Assembly: GCA_021790335.1 (NCBI GenBank)
Contig: JAJYEE010000005.1
Coordinates: forward strand, 29,414-93,413
Origin: Pseudomonadota bacterium
Lineage (GTDB): Bacteria > Pseudomonadota > Gammaproteobacteria > Acidiferrobacterales > UBA6901
Direction: 5' to 3'
DNA length: 64,000 nucleotides
A program made the translations under genes and the position numbers. The notes under the pieces were generated by a model. That model did no database searches, was not told where the DNA came from, and worked only from the letters and a program-made list of their open reading frames with translations. This document shows positions 54,797 to 64,000 of this stretch, piece after piece (position 1 is the stretch's first letter; each line of letters starts with the position of its first letter).

Positions 54797-54944
54797 CCGG
54801 ATTCCGGCGCGTTACCATGCGGTTTCCTGGCCTGCGCCGACCGTATCGGGCGCCGCCGCGGACTGATTGCGCAGGCCCGTAAATTGCTGGCGCGCCGCGA
54901 ATGAGGGATGATGGCTTCGTTCCCGTCGGACGGTCGAAATCCCC

Positions 54945-55298
54945 ATGGACAAACCCAAGATAATCACGGCCCTGCCGCAATGCCGCTACAAGCTCGGCGC
55001 ATTCCTCATTACCGTGCTGGGCGAGGTCGAAAGCGGCGATGGGGTAAGTTATCGCTACATTGCAGCTGTCATCACGGAAGGTGACCCGGAGCCGGGTCTG
55101 TACGTGACATCCGAGCGTGCGGCAGGCGGTTCCGGGGGTACGGGCAAGCACGCCATGCGCATCATCATGCGCGACGGTGCGCAGGTCATCGGTACTTCGG
55201 ACCGCTGGGGCAATCTCGATATGTTCGTCAGTGACGCCCTGGAAGTCGTGGCGCGGCTCCTCGATCTGCAGGATGAGCAACCTTATCCGCTGACTTGA
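54945..55298 (+). CDS. hypothetical protein
   Basis: 117 aa, beta-rich, natural-looking composition. Confidence 0.7.
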   Translation: MDKPKIITALPQCRYKLGAFLITVLGEVESGDGVSYRYIAAVITEGDPEPGLYVTSERAAGGSGGTGKHAMRIIMRDGAQVIGTSDRWGNLDMFVSDALEVVARLLDLQDEQPYPLT

Positions 55299-55347
55299 TC
55301 CGTAGCGCCGTGCATGCCCCCCCGGACGGTCTTGTCCACCGGGGTCC

Positions 55348-55656
55348 TCAGTCCTGCTCTTCAGGCTTCCCCGGCTTCGTCCGGCCGACCCTGCTCAGCG
55401 GAATCACGGCATGCCCGCCACCGGCCGGTTCGTCGACATAGCGGGGCCGCTGGCTCATGGACCTTCCGGCCGCCTCCGCGAGTTCTCGCTCGCGTGCGGC
55501 AATGAGCCCGAAGCATTCGCGGATCCCCTGCACGGTCTCATCGGAAAGCGGATGGCTGTGTCCGGGCCGGGTAAACGTGTCCTTGGCGACGTTGGCCAGC
55601 ACTTTCTTGACTGAGCGCAGAATTCGTTCTTCCGCGGAGAGAGTCTCGGTGTTCAT
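55348..55656 (-). CDS. conserved hypothetical protein (family often mislabelled 'segregation and condensation protein A')
   Basis: EERIL...KDT...HPLSDET...IRECF.LI.ARERELA...RPRYVDEP; SD AAGGTG. Confidence 0.7.
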   Translation of the reverse strand: MNTETLSAEERILRSVKKVLANVAKDTFTRPGHSHPLSDETVQGIRECFGLIAARERELAEAAGRSMSQRPRYVDEPAGGGHAVIPLSRVGRTKPGKPEEQD

Positions 55657-55763
55657 GGTTCACCTTCTGGCGCCGCCTGACGCCGTCGTGTTTGGGATTG
55701 ATTAATACGTATTCTGACACAGTTTGCCCACCGGTCCGCGATCATCTTGTGCCGGGCGGTATT

Positions 55764-57140
55764 TCATCGAGGCATTGCCTGGCTGTTTGGGGCAAGTCTG
55801 TTTGCCGACGCCGCCGTGGCTGGAAGTGCCAGGTCTTTCAGGGTCTTGCTGCCCACCGAATCCTCCAGGGCCCGATCCATGCCCTCGATCAGCCGGTCCA
55901 CAAGGGGTTCATTCGGCAGCCTGCGGGCCAATGGGGCATCGTCTTCCCCTGAGCTGCGCACCGCGTCAATCAGGGCTGTCAGGGGTACGGTCTCGGGACA
56001 TCTCGCCGGAAGGTAATGCTCCGGTTCTCCGGCCGATCGCACCACGAGTCCGTGCCGTTCGAGCAGGTCCAGCATGCCTGAGACGAGCGTCTCGGGAATT
56101 CCGGCCTGGCGGGTGAGGCTGTCGCGGGTGCACTCCGGTCCGCTGCCGTAGTGATTGCGGACGATCCAGGCCATGAGTATGAGCGCAAGCTGCTCCTGTC
56201 CGCGGGCGCTGAGATGCAGTTTCCGGCGATGCAGGGCGAGAGATTCGGGGTGCTGATGATAGAAGGCGATGCTGGCGCCCACCAGCAGTATCGACCAGCT
56301 CAGATACAGCCAGATCATGAACATGACCACGATGGCAAAACCTGAATAGATCGCGCTGTAGCGCGTCGAGCCGACGACAAACGAAGCGAAAAGCCAGCCG
56401 CTCCCCTCCCACAGGGCGCCGGCAATGATGCCGCCGGTTACGGCAGACCGCAGCCGTACCTTGGTGTTCGGAATGAACATGTAGACAAACGAGAAGGCCG
56501 CGATGACCAGCGCGTACGGCACCAGAGCCCCGATGATCCGCAGCGCTGTGCCCAGCGGCTCGGTTTGCGCCAGCGCCTTTACTATGGATGCATTCATCAG
56601 GGTGGCCGTCAGGCCCATTGCCGAGAACACCAGTACCGGGCCGACGGTCAGCACGCTCAGATACTGGCTGAAGCGCTGGATCAGCGGTCTGGTCTGTTCC
56701 ACCTGCCAGGTGTAGTTGAAGGCGCGCTCCACCTTCTGGACCAGAGACGCTACCGTGTAGATCAGCAACCCCAGTCCCAGAGCGCCGAGTACGCCGACCT
56801 TGATGTGCTCGACGAACCCGATGATATGCGCGCTGATTACACCGCTCTTGTCGCCCAGCGGCGCCAGAAAGTGAAGCAGCAGCGGCCGTATGGCATTGTG
56901 CACGCCGAATGCCTTGAGCACGGAAAAGCTGACGGCAAGCAGCGGCACGAGCGACAGCAGTGTGGTGTATACCAGCCCCATGGCCTGTAGCGTGAGCTGT
57001 CCCTCGGTAATGTCGTGTATCACGACATGGACCACGCGTAACAGCCATCGGATCCGCCGGCGTAGCGGGCTAAGCGATGCCAGATCCGCATTCCAGAGGG
57101 ATTCGTTTAAAGCGTTGCGGAATCTGCCGAAATCCATCAT
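55764..57140 (-). CDS. YihY/virulence factor BrkB family membrane protein with C-terminal winged helix
   Basis: LVYTTLLSLVP, AFNYTW, YSAIYSGFA, WLYLSW; tail LTRQAGIP...LERHGLV...YLPAR. Confidence 0.88.
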   Translation of the reverse strand: MMDFGRFRNALNESLWNADLASLSPLRRRIRWLLRVVHVVIHDITEGQLTLQAMGLVYTTLLSLVPLLAVSFSVLKAFGVHNAIRPLLLHFLAPLGDKSGVISAHIIGFVEHIKVGVLGALGLGLLIYTVASLVQKVERAFNYTWQVEQTRPLIQRFSQYLSVLTVGPVLVFSAMGLTATLMNASIVKALAQTEPLGTALRIIGALVPYALVIAAFSFVYMFIPNTKVRLRSAVTGGIIAGALWEGSGWLFASFVVGSTRYSAIYSGFAIVVMFMIWLYLSWSILLVGASIAFYHQHPESLALHRRKLHLSARGQEQLALILMAWIVRNHYGSGPECTRDSLTRQAGIPETLVSGMLDLLERHGLVVRSAGEPEHYLPARCPETVPLTALIDAVRSSGEDDAPLARRLPNEPLVDRLIEGMDRALEDSVGSKTLKDLALPATAASANRLAPNSQAMPR

Positions 57141-57517
57141 GGCGTGCATCCTCGTGCCGTCCGTCGGAGCGGTTATTGGTGTATTTCGCAGATTGCGACA
57201 GGCCGGTGACCGATAATATACAATGACCCCGGACACAAGCATAACCGCGGGCCGCCCGGCTCTGCGGCATTACCTTCATTTGCGCTCACCGCACTGCACT
57301 GCCGGTGCCGTGAGCTTCGTCCGTCCATTGACCGTCTATCCGGCGGGAATTTTCGGGGTGCCGGTTTGCGGAAACAATTGGCCCGACGCTGGTCTATGAA
57401 GATAGGAAACCAGAACCAGCAGCAGTCCCGGGGCTGGCTATGGTCCGTTGCCATACCGAACAAGACGGGTTTATGTGGCAAGGGAATCGTTGTCCTGCTT
57501 TGGAGGTGATTGAGACC

Positions 57518-57655
57518 ATGAAACTGCGCAATCGGTTTGCGACCATGTCCCGCGTCGTGCGGCAGCGGCAAAAGCGGCGTGCGGACGCCCATTCGCCCGG
57601 AACCCCTCCGGCAAAGCGCCTGAAGGGGCCATGGTCGGTGAAGAGCGATCGATGA
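57518..57655 (+). CDS. putative 45-aa basic small protein
   Basis: SD GGAGGTGA at 57502-57509, 8 nt before ATG, in an otherwise empty 600-bp intergenic region. Confidence 0.45.
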   Translation: MKLRNRFATMSRVVRQRQKRRADAHSPGTPPAKRLKGPWSVKSDR

Positions 57656-57761
57656 TGCCGTGCCGGGCGGCGGGGCAAGCTCCGTTATCCGGTGAGAGCA
57701 GGGCCGCGGAATGCACAAAGCCCGGGCGGGCGCGGTCCGCAGACGGGGACCCAGTCGGCCG

Positions 57762-59219
<1,458 letters not shown>

Positions 59220-59232
59220 CGTTTCTCCTGTG

Positions 59233-60420
59233 CTACGGATAATCCGCCATCTCGCCGGCGCGTTCACGCAAAAGCAGCTGCTTGAAGCTGGGCCAGATGT
59301 CTTCCTTGTTCTCGATCATGAGGGCGTGGAAGTTGGCAGCTTCTATCTTCTCGAAAAGCTCCAGCAGCGAATCGCCATAGGATCCGGAATTGAGCGGCTT
59401 GATTTCTCCGTAACCGAACAGATTGCAGACTTCGGCCAGTTCCCGCGCCGCCCTGAGTGCCGCCGGATTGTCCTGTGTCCAGTTGTCCCCGTCCGAGCAA
59501 TGGAAGGCATAGACATTCCAAAGCGAAGGATGAAACCGCTCCTTGATGATTTCCAGTGCCTTCAGATATCCCGAGGAAATGATTGTTCCCCCGGACCCGC
59601 CCTTGGTGAAGAACTCTTCTTCGCTCACCTCCCGGGCCTGTGCATCGTGCGCTATGAATACGACCTGAACATTGTTGTAGCGGGTTCTGACGAACTGGTA
59701 CAGCAGGAAGAAGAAGCTGCGCGCAAGATATTTCTTCATGGTATCCATCGATCCCGAGGTATCCATGATGCACAGGACCACGGCGTTGGATTGAAATCGC
59801 AGATCGCGCACGATGTGGCGGTACTTGAGATCATCGCGGTGAAATGGGAAGCGCGCCAGTCCAAGTTCGCTGACGGGGGGTGTGCGCGCCGCCTGCTTGC
59901 GGCGCATGCGCGCCATCGCCGTTCGCTTCTTGTCGAGGTGGGCGCGGACGCCCACCCGGCGGAACCCCTTGCGCTTGCGCATGCTTTCGACAGGAACCTC
60001 GCGCAGCTTCTTGCGCTCCATGTCGGGCAGATCCAGGTCCTCGAACATGATGTCGACCAGTTCCTCGAGCGTGATTTCGGTCTCGTAGTAGTCGACACCC
60101 GGCTGGTTCCCGGCCTTGCCGCCGGGCTGCGCGCCTTCGGTCTTGTCGATCACCTGTCCCGGCTGGCTGTCGCCTGGCCCGCTGCCGACCCTCGGGGAGT
60201 CGTCACCGAATATGAAGTGGTACTCGCGTACGCCGCGGATCGGAACCTTGATGATCTTGTCGCGGCTCTGGCCGATGATGGACTCCTCGGCCACGATGTC
60301 GACCACGTTCTCGCGGATGGCCTCGCGCACCTTCTGACGGTGACGCAGACGGTCCCCGGCACTGCGGTCCGAGCGCAGCGCATCGGACTCGGAATATGAG
60401 CGAAACACCGATTCGGTCAT
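59233..60420 (-). CDS. yeaH: YeaH/YhbH (DUF444) vWA-like protein
   Basis: DRLRHRQKV, MDTSGSM MIDAS, GGTIISS, SDGDNW. Confidence 0.92.
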   Translation of the reverse strand: MTESVFRSYSESDALRSDRSAGDRLRHRQKVREAIRENVVDIVAEESIIGQSRDKIIKVPIRGVREYHFIFGDDSPRVGSGPGDSQPGQVIDKTEGAQPGGKAGNQPGVDYYETEITLEELVDIMFEDLDLPDMERKKLREVPVESMRKRKGFRRVGVRAHLDKKRTAMARMRRKQAARTPPVSELGLARFPFHRDDLKYRHIVRDLRFQSNAVVLCIMDTSGSMDTMKKYLARSFFFLLYQFVRTRYNNVQVVFIAHDAQAREVSEEEFFTKGGSGGTIISSGYLKALEIIKERFHPSLWNVYAFHCSDGDNWTQDNPAALRAARELAEVCNLFGYGEIKPLNSGSYGDSLLELFEKIEAANFHALMIENKEDIWPSFKQLLLRERAGEMADYP

Positions 60421-60442
60421 GCCATGAACTCCGCGATCGCAC

Positions 60443-62374
60443 TCAGTCCTTCCACAGGTTGTTTGCGGCGTATTTCAGCACGACTTCCGCTGAATGCGGA
60501 CTGTAGCCGCGTTCCAGAAGCGCCTTGACGAGATCATCGTACTTCTTGAGCTGCTCCTCGTCGCGCGTGCGCGATTTGGTGATGACGCGGCTCATTTCGC
60601 GCACCGAGCTCATCAGTTTCCGCTCGATTGCCTCCTTCAGCGGCTCGTAGGAATGATGCGAAACTTTCTCCCCGCGGCGGCTCTTGGCCCAGAGATAGGC
60701 CATGACCTCCTGCCGGAAGCCCTGCGCAGCGGAGCCGACGATGGCGATCTGTTCCTCGACGGATTTCAGAAAGCTCTCGTCGGGCTGCAGGTCTTCGCCC
60801 GTATTGCGGTCTTTCAGACGCGTCTTGTTGACGTAGGCCTCGGCGTGATCCAGGTAATTCTGGAACAGCGCCTCTGCCTGCTCCTCGAAGGAGAACACGA
60901 ATGCCTTCGTGATTTCCTTTTCCAGCATCTCCAGATAAGCCTTGTGCAGGACATCCTGTAGAAATTCCAGGTACTGTTTGCGTGTGTCGTCCGGAAGGTC
61001 CGCGCCCTTGACCATGCTGATCAGGGCCTCGCGCACGTTTATCGGGTTGATTCCGTCCGGGCTTTCGGCAAGCGCATTGTCGATCGCCTTCATGATAAAG
61101 CGCGGCGAGATGCCGAACATCCCCTCGTGCCTCGTCTCCTCGCGCAGCTCGCGCACGTTGATCTTCGCGGTCTTTCCCTTTTCCACCACGTCTTCGCCGT
61201 TGTACAGGCGCAGCTTGGTCATCAGGTCGCACTTGTTGGTCGGTTCCAGACGAGAAAGGATGGCAAACATGGCGGCCAGTTCCAGGGTGTGCGGTGCGAT
61301 ATGCTCGCGGAAGTCCGACCTCTCCAGGAGTTTCTTGTAGATCTTGATCTCTTCCGCCAGACGCAGGTTGTACGGAACCTTGATTACCACCACGCGATCG
61401 AGTATCGCTTCATTGGTCGGGTCGCCCTTGAAGCGCTGCCACTCGGCCTCGTTGGAATGGGCAACGATGCAGGTGTCGACGTAGACCGTACCGTGGCGGC
61501 CGGGTGCCGGAATGAACTTCTCCTGGGTTGCCGTGATCATCGTATGCAGGTATTCCGGTTCGTTCTTGAACACCTCGATGAATTCGGTCATGCCGCGGTT
61601 GCCGACGTTGAATGCGCCATTGAGATCGAGCACGCGCGGATCACCTTCGGAGTAGGTGTCGAGCTTGGAAATGTCCACCGAGCCGATCAGCACGGACGTG
61701 TCCTGGTTATTCGGATCCACCGGCGGCACCACGCCTACGCCGCGGCGCTCATGCCGTGAAAACGGTACAGTCGCGACCGGCACGTCCTCGTAATGGCCGT
61801 TGAATTCCTCCCTTAGGCGGTGCCGGCACACTGGGCAGAGCTCGCCTTCCAGATGAAGGCCCAGCATCTTCTGGAACTCGCCACGAAGATGTTTGGGAAT
61901 GAGGTGAAGCGGTTCTTCGGCCATCGGGCACCCCTCGATGGCGTATACCGGAGGGCTCTCCTCGAGGCCACGTTGCAGCCGCTCGACGAGCGAGCTCTTC
62001 CCGGCACCGACGGGCCCCATGAGATACAGCACCTGGCGCGACTCTTCGCCATGCATGGACGCGGAATGGAAATAGCGGACGACCTGAGCGAGCGTGGGTT
62101 CGATTCCGAAGAACTCGTTGCTGAAGAAAGGATAGATCTTGATCGCCTCGTCGCCGAACAGCCTTTTGATGCGCGGATCGGCGGGGCTTGTGATGTCCGA
62201 GGCGCCGTGCTGGATAAGTGCGTCGTAGAGGCGCGCATGCGCGAGTTTCGGAATGGATGGATCGGCTTTGACTTTTTCGAGGTACTGGAGAAATGTTCCG
62301 CGCCACTCCAGGTTTTCGCGGTTGGCACGGTCTTTCTCGATCAGCTCAACGAAACCGGATGTCTTGTTAGCCAT
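60443..62374 (-). CDS. prkA: PrkA/YeaG AAA+ serine protein kinase
   Basis: GPVGAGKSS, EEPLHL, GNRG, AHSNEAEW, EAILDR, GISPR. Confidence 0.93.
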   Translation of the reverse strand: MANKTSGFVELIEKDRANRENLEWRGTFLQYLEKVKADPSIPKLAHARLYDALIQHGASDITSPADPRIKRLFGDEAIKIYPFFSNEFFGIEPTLAQVVRYFHSASMHGEESRQVLYLMGPVGAGKSSLVERLQRGLEESPPVYAIEGCPMAEEPLHLIPKHLRGEFQKMLGLHLEGELCPVCRHRLREEFNGHYEDVPVATVPFSRHERRGVGVVPPVDPNNQDTSVLIGSVDISKLDTYSEGDPRVLDLNGAFNVGNRGMTEFIEVFKNEPEYLHTMITATQEKFIPAPGRHGTVYVDTCIVAHSNEAEWQRFKGDPTNEAILDRVVVIKVPYNLRLAEEIKIYKKLLERSDFREHIAPHTLELAAMFAILSRLEPTNKCDLMTKLRLYNGEDVVEKGKTAKINVRELREETRHEGMFGISPRFIMKAIDNALAESPDGINPINVREALISMVKGADLPDDTRKQYLEFLQDVLHKAYLEMLEKEITKAFVFSFEEQAEALFQNYLDHAEAYVNKTRLKDRNTGEDLQPDESFLKSVEEQIAIVGSAAQGFRQEVMAYLWAKSRRGEKVSHHSYEPLKEAIERKLMSSVREMSRVITKSRTRDEEQLKKYDDLVKALLERGYSPHSAEVVLKYAANNLWKD

Positions 62375-62923
62375 AACCGACCTCCTCATTGATCCTGCAT
62401 TCAATTACCGCATCTCGTCACTTTCCCCCTTCGACCCTGATTTTTGTGGATCTTATTTATCTTATATAGCGCTTTTCCGCACCGGAATCCAAGAGCGCAA
62501 TATGTCGTGCGCCGTGCACCTTGCGGCGGTGCGGTCTTGACATTTGCGAATCGCGCCGCCCCGGCGTTTCGCGGGTCTTCCGAGCGCCGGCGGCACACGG
62601 ATTGCCTGTTGTCTGCCTCCTTATAATGAGTGAGACCGGAAAACGGGCGATGCGTTTCAGGCGACCGGGTTCGGATATCCGCTGTGAAGGCGCCAGGGTA
62701 CCGGGAGCGCGGTTTGCAGAGCATCGGGGCGAAATGGATGTATCCGTCCCGACCGAAAGCCGCCTTGGTCACCGTCGGGTCGCTGCTCCTGCAGCGCCGC
62801 TGCCGCGCAGGAAGTTCCCTGTGACGCGCGCCGCTGGCGGCTGATATAGTACCGGCCAGGGACCGGTTCGGCGCGGTGGAATGTCCGATCGCACAGTGAC
62901 CGTTGAAGACAAGGGGGAGAGCA

Positions 62924-63388
62924 ATGCCTTCAAAAGAAAAACCCAGGGGTCGAGCGGTGACGACGGCGGAATACGAAATGCTCGCGTCATTCCGGTATGC
63001 CCTGAGGCAATTCCTGCGTTTCAGCGAAAACGTCGTGGGCCGCGTAGGACTGACGCCACAGCAGCATCAGGCGCTGCTGGCGATCCGCGGATTTCCCGGC
63101 CGCGAGCAGCTTACCATCGGCGAACTTGCCGAGCGGCTGCAAATCAAACACAACAGCGCGGTGGGGCTTGTGGACCGGCTTGTGAACGGGCATTTGATGG
63201 TGCGGCGTCCGGCATCGGCGGATCGCCGCCAAGTCTACGTATCGCTGACGCCGCGTGGTGCCCGGGTGCTGGAGCGCCTGACCGCGATGCATCGGGAAGA
63301 GATACGGCGGGTCGGCCCTGGCATCGGGCTGCTGCTGCGGCGTCTGGCGGCGGCCAAGCGCGGCTCGGGCGTGAAACGGAGACGCTAG
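62924..63388 (+). CDS. MarR family transcriptional regulator
   Basis: GLTPQQHQALL, TIGELAERL, LVDRL, DRRQVYVSLT..G. Confidence 0.9.
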   Translation: MPSKEKPRGRAVTTAEYEMLASFRYALRQFLRFSENVVGRVGLTPQQHQALLAIRGFPGREQLTIGELAERLQIKHNSAVGLVDRLVNGHLMVRRPASADRRQVYVSLTPRGARVLERLTAMHREEIRRVGPGIGLLLRRLAAAKRGSGVKRRR

Positions 63389-63805
63389 AAACCGCATTGC
63401 CCCTTTCCACGGCATGGTCTTCCATAGCCGGAAGTTCTTCCCCCGCCTACCGGTCTGCAACCCCGGAGCGGCAGAGCATCCCCCCGATTCGAACGTGGCG
63501 CGGCGCGGTTTCAGACCCGTATCCGGGCAGAGCGGCCAGTCTTTCCTGTCCGGATCGGCATGAACAGGAGTAGAGGTTGCCTTTTGCCCTTGCCCCCACC
63601 ACAATTGACCACAAAAAACAGCAAAATGGCCTAAGATGTATTACGAATCCCTCGCCGGGGACACGGCAAGGGGTCGGCACGGGCCGGTGATTTTCGAGGA
63701 TGCCCGCAAGAAGTATCCTCAGCCAGGCGGATCACGACGTTGAGGGCCTGGATGTCCGCATCGCCACCGACCTGCCGGTGCGGTGGCAATGAGGAGGGTG
63801 GCTGG

Positions 63806-64000
63806 ATGTATGAATCCTTCTTCAGACTGAAGGAGAAGCCGTTTTCGCTGCTTCCCGATACGGGCTACCTGTATCTGAGCCGAAAGCACGGGACGGCGCT
63901 GGCCTTGCTCGAATACTGTCTGCTCAGACAGGATGGGTTCTGTGTCATCAGCGGCGAGGCCGGTGTCGGCAAAACGACGCTGATTCGCAGGCTGCTCTCC
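63806..64000 (+). CDS. ExeA/GspA-type AAA ATPase (5' part, runs off the window; absent from the ORF track)
   Basis: My translation: MYESFFRLKEKPFSLLPD...GFCVISGEAGVGKTTLIRRLL; SD GAGGAGG. Confidence 0.88.
   Translation, partial: MYESFFRLKEKPFSLLPDTGYLYLSRKHGTALALLEYCLLRQDGFCVISGEAGVGKTTLIRRLLS

Noticed and set aside
62497-62512. Sigma54 promoter for prkA (GCGCAC-N6-TTGC on the minus strand)
   Set aside because: Lacks the invariant -24 GG and correct spacing.
63600-63740. c-di-GMP-I riboswitch or ops/JUMPstart element upstream of the ExeA-like gene
   Set aside because: Only fragments (GCAAA, GGCCTAA, CCAGGCGG). There is no GNRA-capped P2 stem and no GGCGGTAG.

Overview
GC-rich (roughly 60-65% by eye, not computed), gene-dense chromosomal segment. 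It most likely comes from a free-living Gammaproteobacterium, inferred from the gene families present, several of which I associate with Chromatiales/Acidiferrobacterales-like sulfur oxidisers. It holds about 55 CDSs, and I found no rRNA, tRNA, CRISPR array, transposase or prophage. Housekeeping and stress genes include a double-length UvrA, nrtR-nadA-ald, pbpG, a dacA-type PBP, msrA, hsp20-lon, ppc, a DUF3683 FAD/Fe-S oxidoreductase, prs, clsB, pepN, prkA-yeaH-spoVR and the 5' end of an ExeA-type ATPase. Best leads: (1) a complete selenoneine cluster (senA, senB, and a SelD/SenC fused to an FAD oxidoreductase) in a non-operonic -/+/- arrangement; (2) a small ORF carrying the motif pattern of eukaryotic phosphohistidine phosphatase PHPT1/Janus; (3) a ~230-nt hairpin-dense, multibranch candidate RNA with a cUUCGg loop upstream of an unknown coiled-coil/glycine-zipper gene; (4) a palindromic NrtR operator over an nrtR-nadA-ald unit lacking nadB; (5) a ROSE-like SD-sequestering hairpin before hsp20-lon; (6) a small basic ORF with a near-perfect Shine-Dalgarno; (7) two adjacent single-base frameshifts. 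All family assignments come from motif recognition by eye, and no database search or folding program was run.
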